This document shows, in pieces, positions 37,006-51,229 of a DNA stretch of 64,000 nucleotides. Source of the DNA: Eledone cirrhosa (lineage: Eukaryota); NCBI GenBank assembly GCA_964016885.1, contig OZ024741.1, positions 238,204,001 through 238,268,000 of the forward strand, given 5' to 3'. The translations under genes and the position numbers were made by a program. The first letter of the stretch is position 1, and each line of letters begins with the position of its first letter. The notes beneath the pieces were generated by a model. The model saw only the letters and a program-made list of their open reading frames with translations. It had not been told where the DNA came from and did no database searches.

Positions 37006-37935
37006 TCTAAATATCTTTCTTACAGATTATATTTACAAGAATTAGGCAACAATGTAATTTTTTCTATAATCAACATTTACATTTTAATACAATTTTTCAT
37101 CCAAAGAGGAAAGGCATAAAGGCCACTGATGCACAATAATTAAAAAGAGAATGAATAAAAGAGTATTTAGGTCACAGAAATAATAGAGAGTTAAAGATTT
37201 AGTAATCAACTAAACTCTCACGAAATAATGTATTACTAGACAGAAGCTTCCAAAAAAATAAGATTCTTTATACAAGAAAACAGAAGTAAACATTTTTCAT
37301 GACTATTACAATAAAACTAAATATTGTAGAATTCCATGATTTCCACCATCTTGACTGTATAACACCACAAAGTTTCTAATATAATCAAATAGAAATTCAG
37401 ATACTTTTGAAAATTTTGATACAATATAATTTGTTTGAATGTAAACTCTTCAGATAGTAATTGTAACAGAAATACTTCATTAGATACCTTTATTTATACT
37501 ATTGGATATTGATATATATTTATTGAGACATACTACCGACAGTATAAACTAAAGTAGAATCATATGAAGATATAATCTTATTAGACATTTTATATATAAA
37601 GTATACCTTTATAATCAGACTTGTGAATTCTTGTGAGCTCCAACTGCTCTGTAAAATATTATTTTAAAATATTACTGTAGCTATTATTGTTTGTAATGGT
37701 GGAAATGATTGCTAGATCTCTCCAACCTCCACTATCCCAGTCCCTTATATACAACATGGTAGACATTTTAGATATTATCTTTACTCTGTGTATCGCTAGA
37801 AACACACACAATATGAATAAAAATGTTATAATGAACACAAAGAGACGAGAGAGAGAGTAAGAGAGAAAGAGTGAGAGAGATAGAGAGAGATAGGGATATA
37901 TATATATATAGAGAGAGAGAGGGAGAGAGACATAC

Positions 37936-38240
37936 CTGCATTGTTTAATCCTTCACTGTAGTTGTGTGTGATGGATGATGTGTATCCTGCTGTAGTATTC
38001 CCTTGTAACTGCTCCTACAGTCATGGTGTTACTGCTATTGTAGTGGCGTTCCAGTGTTACTACTACTATAGTAGTGTTCCAGTGTAATAACTGCTGCTGT
38101 TGTTGTGTTCTAGTGTAACTGCTGATATAGTGGTAAAATAGTGTGCAGTGGGAGGAGAGACTTAAGCTAGATGGTGGTTACAACATTGTTTTCCACACAC
38201 ACAATAGTGTGTATCAGGAACAAAGAAAAAAGCTATCAGC
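37936..38240 (-). other. Putative 5' leader exon of P5 (splices to 35843)
   Basis: ATGCAG|GTATG donor; acceptor tatttctag|CA. The 5' boundary is approximate. Confidence 0.7.
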
Positions 38241-38307
38241 CTCACTTTGAATATTGAAAGAAATATATAAAATCCCTCTTATCCAATAGGAAATTACTGC
38301 AATGTTG
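38232..38307 (-). promoter_or_regulatory. Conserved promoter-like block of P5
   Basis: Same CCAAT/TATA-like block. Confidence 0.6.
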
Positions 38308-38529
38308 TCCGTGTCACTCAAAACCATGAAATAATAGAATTCATGTGAAAGTGAAGCAGCTTGATAATTCACATATTATTGTGTTGATGAAATGTATATT
38401 TAATATTTAGTGATGAATATATTTAAAGTTTAAATGAGATTGTAAGATAGTTTAAATGTTGAAAATATTTTGTTTTTGGTGGAGATTATTAATAATTCTT
38501 GAAATGTTGAGGCCTCTGGGTAATGAGGA

Positions 38530-39050
38530 GAAATCATAATATAATAAAGGAAGGAGTGCAGGACTGCATCCAGAATATATTATTTTTACCCCGTTTGTAA
38601 AGTAGGTTGGATTACTTGGAATAAATAATGAATGAATATTACATAATTTATGTACTCAATTTTGTAACTCTTGATTAAATATAAATAATTTTATTGCTTA
38701 TTTCACGATTTTCTTCTTTAAAATTTTCAAATGTCAACACTTCCGGTTAGTGCCCGTTATATTATAACACCTATTACATCGCCTATATAAACGTTTATAT
38801 ATTTCCATCGCTAATTTTCTTCTAATGCAATTTATATATAATATTGTCTTTTTTAAATGTATCATGGATTACTTTACTGATTGCAGAAGACAGTGTAACA
38901 CAGTCTTTCTTCAATTTCTGTGCATATTCTCAATTACAATTTTATTTGACGTATCATATCTACATGCTTATATATTTGCGTATAATATCAATATGCACAC
39001 TACAGATGCTAGCAGGAAAACCACCTGGAGGGTGGTTTTTCTGCTAGTTA
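38530..39050 (-). mobile_element. Second copy of the Helentron/DINE-like element
   Basis: Reverse complement of 22263-22740, with terminal palindrome ctagcaggaaaaccacc-tgga-gggtggttttctgctag. Confidence 0.55.
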
Positions 39051-39221
39051 GTACAATAATGTCAAGAACGTTGCAATAACAAGTCCAAAGACCCAAAACT
39101 TTTGCTTATATAACAAACTAATAATCTTAAGACCATTTTTATTAAAGATTTTAGTTACATAAAAAAAGCCTTTTAAAATTAATTCATTAAAGTTTATGCA
39201 TTATTATTTATAGGTATCTCA

Positions 39222-39404
39222 GCGGTGGATTGGCAGTATCAGTAGAGGGTCGGACGCCATGCTTTCCAGCATAGTTACGTCCCTTTACGATCTGAGTTCA
39301 AATCCCGCCGAGGTTGACTTTGCCTTTCATCCTTACGGGGTCGATAAAATAAAGTGCCAGTAATGCACTGGGTAATTGCTGGCCTTGTGCCAAAAGTAGA
39401 AACA
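39222..39404 (+). mobile_element. tRNA-derived CORE-like SINE with 19-bp target-site duplication
   Basis: Box B-like gagttcaaatcc. TSD attatttataggtatctca at 39203-39221 and 39405-39423. Confidence 0.85.
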
Positions 39405-39975
39405 ATTATTTATAGGTATCTCATTTATTGTAATATAACAAACATATAGCTTTTAGACCTGTTAGTAGCAGAAAGGAATGATGGTTTAAGTCAGAATTTC
39501 TGCCAACACTTAATATAACTTCAAAGATTATATTTTATAATGTCGTATTCCAAATCACATTGACATAAAAGAAGGAATTTTCCAGAAGTAATTTTTTTCA
39601 TGTTATATGAAAGTAATGTCACTAACCTCTCATGTTATGGATCTTATAATTATGACATTTGAGAGAATCTTAATATCAAGAAAATTTGTTAAATGATAAA
39701 ACATAAATAATTTGCAATTGTCCTAAAATTGGGACTTAACAAATGAAATAAAACCTAGAATGAACATAAAATTTCTATAATAAAATACAAAATGTTTGCA
39801 ATATGCAAATTAATGGAAAGGTAAATTAGTGGTCATAATACATGCCATTTTGTGTAAGCTTTTATATATTACTAACAGAAATATAGATGTTATAGAATAC
39901 TTCTTATTCAATATGAAATATTCTACAACATTTGGTGTGTGAGGGGACCATTTAACAATAGTGATGGGACATCTA

Positions 39976-40055
39976 CTATGTTGGCTGTAGATAGGTATCT
40001 TGTACTTGTTGTCCCTTTTGTATTGTGGCTGGAACTGGATTGTCATTGGTATATT
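39976..40055 (-). CDS. Protocadherin P6 terminal coding exon
   Basis: 80 nt, AG acceptor, TAG stop. Confidence 0.8.
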
Positions 40056-40213
40056 CTGGAAATATAAAATATAGAAAAAGAAATTATATTTCAATATAAC
40101 AACTCTGTAAAGAGATAAACATTGATGTTATATTACACTAACCATAACAATATATATTGTCTTACAGTAATAAAGGGAATTACATTTCTATGTTATGTTT
40201 AGATAAAAGTTAC

Positions 40214-40361
40214 CTGGTTGTGAAGGTATCTCTTCATATGGTTTAGTCTTGCCAATACTTTTGTAACCTTCTCTGCTTTTTTGTGATGTTAAGGTGTCAC
40301 TGTTGTAGTTAGACATGCTGAGACTGGTGCGACCTTCATGACTATGGATTGAATCACATCT
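40214..40361 (-). CDS. Protocadherin P6 148-nt cytoplasmic exon (...PYEEIPSQP)
   Basis: Canonical AG/GT. Confidence 0.85.
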
Positions 40362-40649
40362 CTGTGGATTATAAAAGATATCAGAGTGAAATAAGAGTTT
40401 TAACTAGAATAAATCTTTACATATATATTTTAGATCATCCATTGACAGATTTAAGAATACAAGTAGAATACAACAGCAATTAAATAATTTCAATAAATCT
40501 GTGATTAATCACAATAAACCACTTATCTGTATATGTATTAAACTGAATTGACTTAAATATTTTACTCAAGAGATTTTATTGTCACTAAAATGACAATGGA
40601 AAACAGTGATATCAAGAGTAATGAAATCAGAATAAAAGAAGACATTTTT

Positions 40650-41710
40650 TGACTGAATACTTTAGTTTTGTTTCTTGCATATATTAATGACACATATGCT
40701 AACTTAAAGAATGCCATAGTGCGAAAATATGCAGATGATATCAAGTTGTACCTTGAGATAAAAAGGACAGATTCTGAACACTATAGATCTTTCTTGCAAT
40801 CTGATCTGGACACAATGCAGCAATGGATCAAGGACTGGCAACTCAAGCTGGCTGTGGACAAGTGTACCACCATGTATTTTGGGAGAAAAAACCCAGTGTT
40901 CACATACTCCCTCCACAATACTAATCTCAAGAAGACTTCTTGTGAATATGACCTGGGTATTATTGTCAGTAGTGATTTGCATTGGACAAAACACATCTCT
41001 AAAATTGTCAAGAAGGCCGAGGGTGTCTTAGCATCACTCAGCAAGACCTTTGTCAGCCGCTCTCCAGCTATCTATTTAAAGCTGTATATAGCTATGGTGT
41101 GGCCACACTTAGAATTTGCATCACCAGTCTGGAACCCCTATCTTGCTCAAAATATTGACCACTTGGAAACTGTTCAGAGACGTGCAACCAAGCATATACC
41201 CTCCATCAGGCATCTACCATACTCCTCTGAATGCCTTGCTTCCCTGGGCATGGATACATTGAAACTCCGCCGTCTAGCAACTGACTTGGTAAACACCTAA
41301 ATATTATTAACCATCTTGCCAACAACAACCCTGAACACCTTTTTGAATTCCATGAGTCTAACACTCGTGGGCATGCCTACAAAGTCAGAAAACGGCACAA
41401 CTCCCATGACTTTTGGAAACATTCATTTACGCTCAGAGTTGCTGAAGCATGGAACAAACTACCTGCATCGGTTGTTAGCTGTCAGGAAATTACATCCTTC
41501 AAAACTTCCACGCTTCCGGAAATTTACTAACACTACACCTGATATTCCACCTCCATATACATGCATGCATGTATCTGTGTGTATATCATGACTGTTCACT
41601 TTCCTGACATTTGTACATTATTCTATGTACTATACATGCACCTTTGATGAATTGTAATACACCTGAGCACTGTTCACAATAATTTCATTATTATTATTAT
41701 TATTACTATA
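40650..41710 (+). mobile_element. 5'-truncated CR1/L2-group LINE in a P6 intron
   Basis: YINDT..KYADDIKL, LEFASPVWNPYL..ETVQRRATK and an (ATT)n tail. Confidence 0.9.
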
Positions 41711-42369
41711 AATATTTAGAATAAAACATGATAATTGTTTTTCATTCACATATTCAATGTCTTAAATATTCATTTACTTTCAATTACTGTTGAATAGAGT
41801 GAGAAATAAACTTGTTATTTATAATCTTATTAGTGTGCATAAATGTTGAAGCACAAACATAAAGAGAGCAAATCTTGATATAAGAAGAACTGAGATCTAG
41901 TGGGTAAGAAGAAACAATGTATAGGTATTGAAAGGTAATGTGAATGGATGATGATCATTAGATGAAGAATGCCAGAAGTTCCAAGTGGAAGGAAGATTTG
42001 GTAGAAGGAGGCTGAGGAATAGATGGGCAAAGATCGTGAAAGCTGATCTTAGGATACTAAGCTCCACAAATGAGATGACACAGCTAATCCATGCATGCTT
42101 GGAAATTGATGTAAATTGATGTAAATGATGATGATTTTATTGGTGTAAATAGAAACACGTTCATGGGTTAAATTAAATATCTATATCTACATATTAGATC
42201 TAGTTAATTATATAAAAATATTTTCTTCCAGTAAAGAAACGTTTTTGTTAATAAAATCCTACAATGTGTGACATATTAGAATGCCAATTAAATTGAAAAT
42301 ATTAAAATATGTTTCTAAAATGTTATCAAAGGTTGATCAATACTAGAATTGTTGAAAGCAAATATTTAC

Positions 42370-44772
42370 CTGAGGAACTGGTGGAAGTCTCCTTTGTGTT
42401 GTTGAGAATTTCCACTCATCTGGTAGCTGTTCCATCTCTGGATAAAACTGACTTTTAGATTTTATTGTCTGAAGATTTCTAGCAAATATATCTTCTGCAT
42501 TTCTCGTTATTGCAACAGGATTGTTAGTCTGATACAGTAATTGTCTCATCTCAGTTTGAGACAGAAAGTTTGGATTATCTGCTGTTGTAGGTGAGTTATT
42601 GGTGTGATTAATACATCTGAAAACACACAGTGTTATTGACACTACAATAGCCACAGATATTATTACAGCTGCTGCTACAATGATAATTACCCAAGTCATA
42701 TTGAGGTCGTTACCAGACTGTAAGTGGACAGCATTCAACATTGGAGATGTATCATTACTAACAAACAGTGTTAGTATGATAACAGTTGTTCCTGATTGAA
42801 CTGGAGTACCACCATCTTTCACTATAAACTGTAGGTCATATGTTCCTGCATCATTTTGGTAAACTGTCCGAGAGAAAGATAAGACACCAGTATGAGAGTT
42901 GACTGTAAACAGGTTTTTATCATTAGATCTCAGTATTCCATATGTGAGGAAAGCATTGTTTCCAGTGTCTTTGTCAGAGGCTTTCAGAATTGTGATGTCT
43001 TTCTTACTGTGAGGATGGTAGTGGACATCTAGATTGTAAGGGTCATTAATAGGAAAGGTAAAATAGGGAGCATTATCATTTTTATCTAGAATCTCAATAA
43101 CTATATTGGCAGTGTCATTCAGAGAAGGTGTTCCATTATCTTTGACTAAAACCTGGAATTTATAGATGTCTTTCACTTCCCGATCTATTGATTGTGATGT
43201 AGAAATAAATCCATATTTTGTAAGTTGGAAAGGAATGTTATCATTGTTGTTATCATTGATGATAGAATATGTAAGTTGACCTCCATCTCCAAGATCAGGG
43301 TCTGTAGCATTGATGAAGCCAATAGGGAAGTCAACTTTCTGGTTTTCATAGGTGAGGAATTGGAATGTATCTTTGGTAAAATGTGGCTGTACATCATTGA
43401 CATCAGTTACTTTGACAGAGAAATATTTCTTAGTCTTTAACTGAGGTGATCCCATGTCATGACATAGAATTGATACTTTATAGTGGTCCTTTATTTCTCT
43501 ATCAAGATGTCCTTTAATAATCATTTTATATTCTTTAGAATCTATTTTGGCAAGTTTAAATTTATCATGTTTTAAATCACAGCTAACCTCACCATTAGGT
43601 CCAACATCAGTGTCAGAGACTATAACATAAGCTATAAAACTATCTATTTCACTGTCTTCTGAAACTGCTGTGGAACTTTCTGTTAAAGGTGATACAAAAT
43701 CTATATTTATCACTGGAGCATTATTCTGGTCATTAATTATGTGAATTCGAACTGTGGTTACAGAACGTAAGGAGGGACTTCCTTCATCCCGTGCTTCAAT
43801 AAATAATTTGTAAGTTTGTTTCTCTCCAAAACTAAAATTATCTTTTAAATATATCTCTCCATTTTTTTCTTTCAATACAAAATGTTTCTGGGCATTTTGA
43901 GATGTTTTATGGTTGAAATGATAAGTAATCTTCCCATTGTTTCCAGAATCTAGATCTGTGGCTTTTAAAGTAAGAATTGGTAAATGTCTTTGATGTGAAT
44001 TATTTATAGATATGTTGTAGATTTTCTGTGAAAATATAGGTTTGTTATCATTGACATCTGTCACAGCTATGAGTACCTTGAGTGTAGCTGTTTGGGGAGG
44101 GTTCCCTCCATCTTTAGCTTCAAGTGTCAACATATATGAGTTCTCCAGTTCCCTGTCTAATTTCTTTTCCAGAGTAAGTTCTGGTGTGAAGACACCATCA
44201 TTTTGTTTTACCATATACAAAGAAAATGGTGCTCTATTACTGTTCATTATTTTATAAGTGATTTGTGAATTTATGGTGGTAATATCTCTGTCTATAGCAT
44301 ATGGAATTATCTTTCTTGTTCCTTTAAAACTGTCCTCAGCAAATTGAACAGTGATTTTGTCAACAGAAAACTCTGGTAAATGGTCATTGATGTCTTTAAT
44401 GATTATCTTGAGTTTTAACATCTTCATAAAAGTATTTCCTTTCCTCACTGCTACTTTAACAATTCTGGAACATTCCTTGTTATATGTACACAGAGACTCA
44501 GCATCCAGTGTCTGTGTAGTGTATAGTTTTCCTGTGTTGGTGACATTAAATAAGTGAGAACCACTTGACACCGTCCTTTGTAGTTGTGTAAATGTAATGA
44601 GAGTGTGTTGTTGATGTGTAAGAGAGTGTGTTAAGTTAGAATCAACAGCAATGTCTCCTATATAGGTGTGAGGACTGTCTTCTTCATTGACATGATATGT
44701 AATGTCTACAGACACTATAACCGACTGTTGTAAATATAGTAAACACACCAGGTAAATGATATTTCCACTCAT
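42370..44772 (-). CDS. Protocadherin P6 large exon
   Basis: Same motifs as P2; donor at 42370. Confidence 0.96.
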
Positions 44773-45816
44773 GACTGCAACTCTTCATTTGCATTATTGA
44801 ATATTTCTGCAAGTATAGAGCATTATACAATCAAATACATTTTAAAATTATTTATCTAATTGAAATTATTGCAACCAATACATTTTTTATATGTAAATAT
44901 CAAGGTAAACAAATATAGTTCGTGAATATTTCAAACCTGCCAACTCTTCCTGTCTAATGGGGAGATCTCCCACCCACTTTTTCATTATGTAAAATCTTCC
45001 CATTTTGTCTCATTTCTCCTCGTTATGAGGCACCTTTTTCATGGTACTCCCGTTTTGGTTTTTAGAGATAGGCAAGCCTGATATTTGTTTAATTGTAGTG
45101 TTGAAAGACAAGATGGAGTAAACAGAATAAGACCAGAAAGAAGAGGAAACACAAAGAAGAACAAATAGTGAATGAGGATGCCATAGAATGTGTGACGAAA
45201 GAGCTTTGACGAAATAACAAACAAACAATAACTAATAATAAGAAAACTGAAGTGAAAGTCAAATAGTACGTGTCATTTTATTGGCCAAATTGGCAACATG
45301 ACCATCTAAAAATGACAAATTTTAATTGTACTTTAGAGTTATCTCCCCTAGACGTAATCTTAACTTAACAGAACTGTATAAAGTGTTTAAACAAGTCTTG
45401 TGTGTTAGCAGCGTGGAAATGGTTCTACGAATTTAAATATTTTAGTTACTTCTATGGGAAGATAGGAGAGAAGAATTCGTGATGGTCATATGAAAACATA
45501 TTAAAAAAACAACAACAAAAACAACTGCAAACGCTTTACATATAAACCCATAGAACTGGACCTCATACAGGAAGGGTTTTATAATTTGTTTTACTATCTC
45601 CTAAAAGTTCGCAATTTTAGTCATTTTTGAACAGATGTCAAATGAAATACGTTTATTTTTTTTAAGGAAACGTTGAATGAGACAAGCTTGCACTATGTTT
45701 TTAATATTCAATTATTTTAATAATTAAGGACTTGCATAAAATAATAGGACTCTTCTAAATCCTTTTCTCTCTCTGTGGTATTGGTGTGCATGTGCATGTG
45801 CGTGTGTGTGTGTGTG

Positions 45817-46084
45817 CAGCGCCGGATTTAATGGGGGGGGGGGGGAAATGCTCCAGATCCCCTGCAGTGGGGGGCACCACCAGCGACGCCCGTAGCAATT
45901 TATTTGTGCCCACAGCTGGGTTTTTTTAGTTTTAAGATGGTGAGAATTTTTCAATTTAATACCTGTATGTATAACTTTTCATTTTCAATTGCCAAGCTAA
46001 CTTGGATATGTAAAATGGAGGGGGTGGTGGGTGTATTTTAATTTTGTGTATGTGAGGCGCCCTCCAAGTCTAAATCCAACCCTG
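45817..46084. mobile_element. MITE with hAT-like terminal inverted repeats
   Basis: Left end CAGCGCCGGATTTA and right end taaatccaaccctg (reverse complement CAGGGTTGGATTTA). TSD unclear. Confidence 0.5.
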
Positions 46085-46204
46085 TGTATATGTGCAGGCA
46101 CACACAAACATATATATCTATTCCGTTTTTCCTCTTCTTACGTCTGTCTTCCTATTTTTTTCTATTGCTCATTCTATCTTCCAATGAATGACTAACGCCT
46201 AAAA

Positions 46205-48955
46205 TATAATAATAATAATAATGAAATTATTGTGTACAGTGCTCAGGTGCACTACAACTCATCAAAGGTGCATGTATAGTACATAGAATAATATACAAAT
46301 GTCAGGGAAGTGGATAGTGTATGAGTCAAGATATACATGTGTATGGAGGGGGAATATTAGGTGTAGTGTTGGTGAATCTCAGGAAGCATGGAGGTTTTAA
46401 AGGATGCAGTGTCTCGACAGCTAACAACTGATGCAGGTAGTTTGTTCCATGCTTCAGCAACTCTGAGTGTAAATGAATCTTTCCGAAAGTCATGGGAGCT
46501 GTGCTGTTTTCTGACTTTGTGGGCATGTCCACATGTGTTAGACACATGGAAATCAAAGAGGTACTCAGGGTTGTTGTTGGCAAGATGGTTAATAATTTTG
46601 TGGGTGTTTACCAAGTCAGTTGCCAGACGTCGGAGCTTCAATGTATCCATGCCCAGTGAAGCAAGGCATTCAGAGTATGGTAGATGCCTGATGGAGAGTA
46701 TTCGCTTAGATGCCTGATGGAGTGTTTTCGCTTGCTGAGTGATGCTAAGACACCCTCAGGCTTCTTGACAATTTTAGAGATGTACTTCGTCCAACACAAA
46801 TCGCTGCTGACCGTAATGCCCAGGTCACGTTCACAAGAAGACTTCTTGATATTAGTGTTGTGCAGGGAGTATGTGGACGTCGGGTTTTTCCTCCCAAAAT
46901 GCATGGTGGTACACTTGTCTATAGCCAGCTTGAGTTGCCAGTCTGTGATACATTGTTGCATTGTGTCCAGGTTAGATTGCAGGCAAGATCTATAGTGTTC
47001 AGGATCTGTCCTTTTTATCTCAAAGTACAGCTTGATGTCATCTGCATATTTCAGTACTGTGGCATTCTTTAAGTTGACATCTATGTCATTAATATATGCC
47101 ACAAACAAAAGGGAGCGAAGAACAGATCCCTGTGGTACACCTGATGACATCTCATGTGGTGAGGAATGCTGTCCTAGAACCGTAACTACCTCTCTTCGAC
47201 TGAGAATGAAGGACTTCAACCAGTTAAAAAGATCATCCTTCACACCCATTGCAGAGAGTTTTGCCATAAGTCTTTTGTGTGGCACAGAATTGAAAGCTTT
47301 AGCAAAGTCAAGGTAAACAACATTCACCCATGAGCCGCCATCAGTGATCCGGGTGATGTCTTCAAGAAACTCGATAAGTTGATCACAGTAGCTGGAGTTA
47401 GGGATAAATCCAAATTGCGAGGGCCGGATAAGACTGTGAGAGTTCCAGAAGTTCTAAAGCGTTTCTCTGACACAGGATTCCATCAGTTTGGCAATGCAGC
47501 TAGTAAGACTGACTGGATGATAGTTCACAGGTGATGTGCGGTCATCTTTTTTGAACAGAGGAATGACACTGGCAGTTTTCCACTGTTCTGGAGTAGTACC
47601 GTTGTTCAGACAGAATTGGAAGAAGCGTGAAAGCTGGTGCAGAAGGAAGTACCCACCACGTTTGAGAAGCAGGTACGTAACACCATCAGGACCAGGAGAG
47701 GCATGGTTGCATTTATTATTAAGGTGACGTCACAGCATTGCCGGTTTAAATTCTATAGTTGTAATAGAATCCAATGTCAGAGGTGGTGGAGACGGTACAC
47801 TCTGGTCTTCAATAGTGAAAATGCCTGCATAGCATTCAGCAATGAGTTCTGCGCATTCCTTGGGGTCGTCAGTAACCTGGCTTGTGTGGAGATTGCGAAG
47901 AGGACAAACTGGAGAGTGAGGCCTCTGCTTTGAGTGAACATACTTCCAGAACACCTTACTATCAGGGCTGGTTGCTATGCGCTGCTCTAATTGAAGCACT
48001 GCCTTTTTTGTCACCTGTTTGAGATGGTTGGATGATTTATTTCGCTTTTTCCTATTGATATCTGATTTATGCAGCACGTTCAGCGTTACAACGTTCTTTT
48101 CTGGCAAGACGGACTGCTGCAGTCTCCCAAATTGCACTTTTGGGATGTTTTTTCTGCTTACGTGGCACCGATGCTGCACATGCTGACCATATTGAGTTCA
48201 GGATGTTCTGGAGTACAATGTTGACATCTCCAGAGTCGTAGAACTCAAGCCAGTTTGGACGTTGAAGCTCGGTGCAGTAACAGTTCCAGTCTGCTTTATT
48301 CCAGTCAAAGTGAGCAGTTTGGAGATGGTTGTGCCAGTCTATTCCATGAGGGATAGACTGGCAAGCAATGATCATAGCATGATCAGAGTCACCTAAAGGT
48401 TCCTCAGTAGTAACACTAATAACTGTTTCAGGAGTAGTGGTGAAGAGTAGATCCAAAGTGCTGTCACCTCTTGTTGGGGAGGTGACTACTTGGGACCAGT
48501 TCGAGTCCAGCACTAGCTCAAGGAAGTCATTTGCCCTTTGTGGCCAACAAAAAGTTTCCCAGTCAATCTCAGGGTAATTGAAGTCCCCTGCAATAAAAAC
48601 ATAAGTGGCTGTTTTCCTGGCAGCAACTCTGAGGATATCACAAAGTTGAGTGTCCTGATGGTAATTTGGGGGATGGTAAACGACTCCAAGTAGCAGTGTT
48701 GACATGGTCATACGTATATCGCAGAAAAATACTTCTTGTTGCGATTGGTTTAAATCAACACAAGGAATTGCCGAAAAATTTGACCGAACATAGACCATTA
48801 CACCACCGCCACCACGATTAATGCGGTCTTTACGAAACAAGTTGTAGCCAGATATGCTGAAAACCCCATCACAGAGTAAGGAATGTGCCCATGTTTCTGT
48901 GACTGTAATGAAGTCAGGGTCGTTACTTTTGACGTAGGAGTCAAGTTTTGACTAC
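46205..48955 (-). mobile_element. CR1/L2-group LINE ORF2 (APE + RT), decayed
   Basis: APE motifs (VTETW, RKDR..GGGVMVY, GDFN, LDL, SDH), RT motifs (YLDFAKAFNSVPH, GVPQGSVL, YADD) and an (ATT)n tail. Frameshifts and a small internal deletion. Confidence 0.93.
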
Positions 48956-49634
48956 AAGCATTTAATGACAACAATTTGTACCTTGATTTCAGTTTATGAT
49001 GATGTGCAGGGGATGGCAGGTTGTTCTGATTTAGTTTCCCAGAGTTTTTTCAGTTTTTTTATTGTCAGTTGTTGTGGGATGTAGTGATTTACTTATTTAT
49101 TTTTATTTTTTTCCCCATTCATGTCCACACGTGGTTTGTTGGCGAAAATCAAATATACTTTGTTAAAGTAATTTTATGTTGAAACTGGTACTAGTAGTCA
49201 GGGAACAGTCAAAGTATTTGTAATAATGAATATTGTAATCCATCTGACATGTGTTAAAAGGGCAGTTTTTGGTGATAATATTATATTTACCTACTATATC
49301 AAGCATTAAACAAATACATATTGTCATTGTACTCTACTTTTGTCCCATGTTGATTTGCTTAGTTGACTTTTCACATATATGTGTGTGTGTATGTGAACAT
49401 GTGTAGTTTGGCAAAGAGTATCCAAAGTTGGGTAAACACTCAATCTGTGAAAAGAGTTTGTATATAGATATTTACTACAATAACTCATCTCATATTCAAG
49501 GCAGTAGTTCAGCAAAACAATTGTAGCTAAAGGATATCTTAAGTTAGTGTAACAAATCTCTCTTTTCCTCTTTCTCTCTCCACACATATAAGTGGTGTGT
49601 GTGTGTGTGTGTGTGCGCGTGTGCGTGTGAATAT

Positions 49635-49790
49635 AGGCAGTGAATTGGCAGAGTCATAAGAACATCAGCTTGAATACTTTGCAGTATTTATTCCAACTCT
49701 CAGTGCTCTGTGTTCAAATCCCAGAGAGGTCAACTTTGTCTTTCATCCCTTTGATGTAGATAAAACAAATACCAGTTCAGTATTGTGGTT
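49635..49790 (+). repeat. Degenerate CORE-like SINE
   Basis: gttcaaatccc..aggtcaactttgtctttcatcc matches 39222-39404. Confidence 0.6.
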
Positions 49791-49956
49791 GATTCTTTCT
49801 CAATATCTCTTTTTCTCTGGAAGATATAGGCTGTGTTTAGACCTGGAGAGGAAATAGGCTCTGCCAGGTTTAAAAAATACTCAAGACATCATGACAATAT
49901 GTCACTACAGTGACGCTATGGCTCCATACATACATATATGAATATTTATATACATA

Positions 49957-50822
49957 CGAGGTATATCAGAAAAATATCAGGGCATAGTGTACTGAGCTAT
50001 GAGTGGGGTAGGTATTAGCAAGTTGCGCCACCATGTGATGTAATATCTAGGATGTATATAGCTACAATCTCAAATCTCAAATCTATTTTATGTTTTTTCA
50101 TGTGCTTTTGTTAATAGCTCCTCAATTTTAGGCCATTGAGTGATGGGCACAGAGCAACGAACCAACCTGCAGTTTCTGGTCTGGTTGGGAAAACTCCAGC
50201 CAGAAGCACTCGGAATAATGCAGCAAGTGTACGGAGATGAGACGGTTTTTTGCTCATGGGATTTCGAGTGGCACAAAAGATTCAAAGAGGGACTTGAGGA
50301 CATGGACGATGACCCCAGGAGCTGAAAGCTTAAATGAGCAGGACTGACATCAACGTTGAATGTGTGAGGCAGGTGGTGCATGACGATTGTTGGCTGACAG
50401 TTCAACTGATTCTGCAGCGATTGCTTCAGTCAGTGCGCAAGAAGAGACGTGAGTTATGGCAGGACAACTTGTGGCTGCTTCACCATGACAATGCACCGTT
50501 TCACAATGCCCTGAGCATCCAGCAGTTCCTGGCTGAGAAGAACATTACCATGCTAGAGCAACCTCCCTGGCTCTGTGTGATTTTTCCTTTTCTCCAAGCT
50601 CAAGAGGGTCATCAAGGAGACCCATTTTCTGGATGTGGAAGACATCAAAGGGCTGTGAAAATGGAGTTGCAGAGAATCCCGGGAGAGTCCTACCAGGAGT
50701 GCATGGAGATGTGGTGGAGAAGGATGGGAATGAAGAGGAATTATATTGAAAGGGAAAACTTGTAGTTTGGATTTGAAATATTTTTTGTGACTGCAGTCCT
50801 GTTTCTTTTCTGACACACCTCG
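49957..50822 (+). mobile_element. Internally deleted mariner-type DNA transposon
   Basis: TA-flanked imperfect TIRs (CGAGGTATATCAGAAAA / ttttctgacacacctcg). HTH region EQRTNLQF..QVYGDE..FEWHKRFKEG and catalytic remnant LLHHDNAP..QFLAEKNI..LEQPP. Confidence 0.88.
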
Positions 50823-50866
<44 letters not shown>

Positions 50867-51229
50867 TATATTCATACAGAGAAAGTGGATGTTAAATGAT
50901 GAAGGTGATGATGATGACATACTAGATTCTGTGTTATCTCACAAAAGAAATGTCTCCAGATTCAGTCAGCTGGCAACATGCTGTACTACAGTGGAGTGAA
51001 ATGCAAGGAGAGAAGTGTAATCACATTTTTAATGGTCCAGATGACCCTTTCTTCATTATCTCTCCATCCCCACTACCAAATCTTCCTTCGCATTTACAGC
51101 ACTGATTTCTGCTCCCTCCTCCAACCCATACCAGTATGGAAAACAGACCCCGACCCCTACAATGTACAGCCAGACACCACTTATTCTTTTCTAGGCTACT
51201 TCCCTCTCTAACTTTTCCCTTGGCAAGCA

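Noticed and set aside
46205-48955. Active or domesticated reverse transcriptase gene
   Set aside because: Frameshifts, stops and an internal deletion are present; the same holds for the RTE at 16127-18685.
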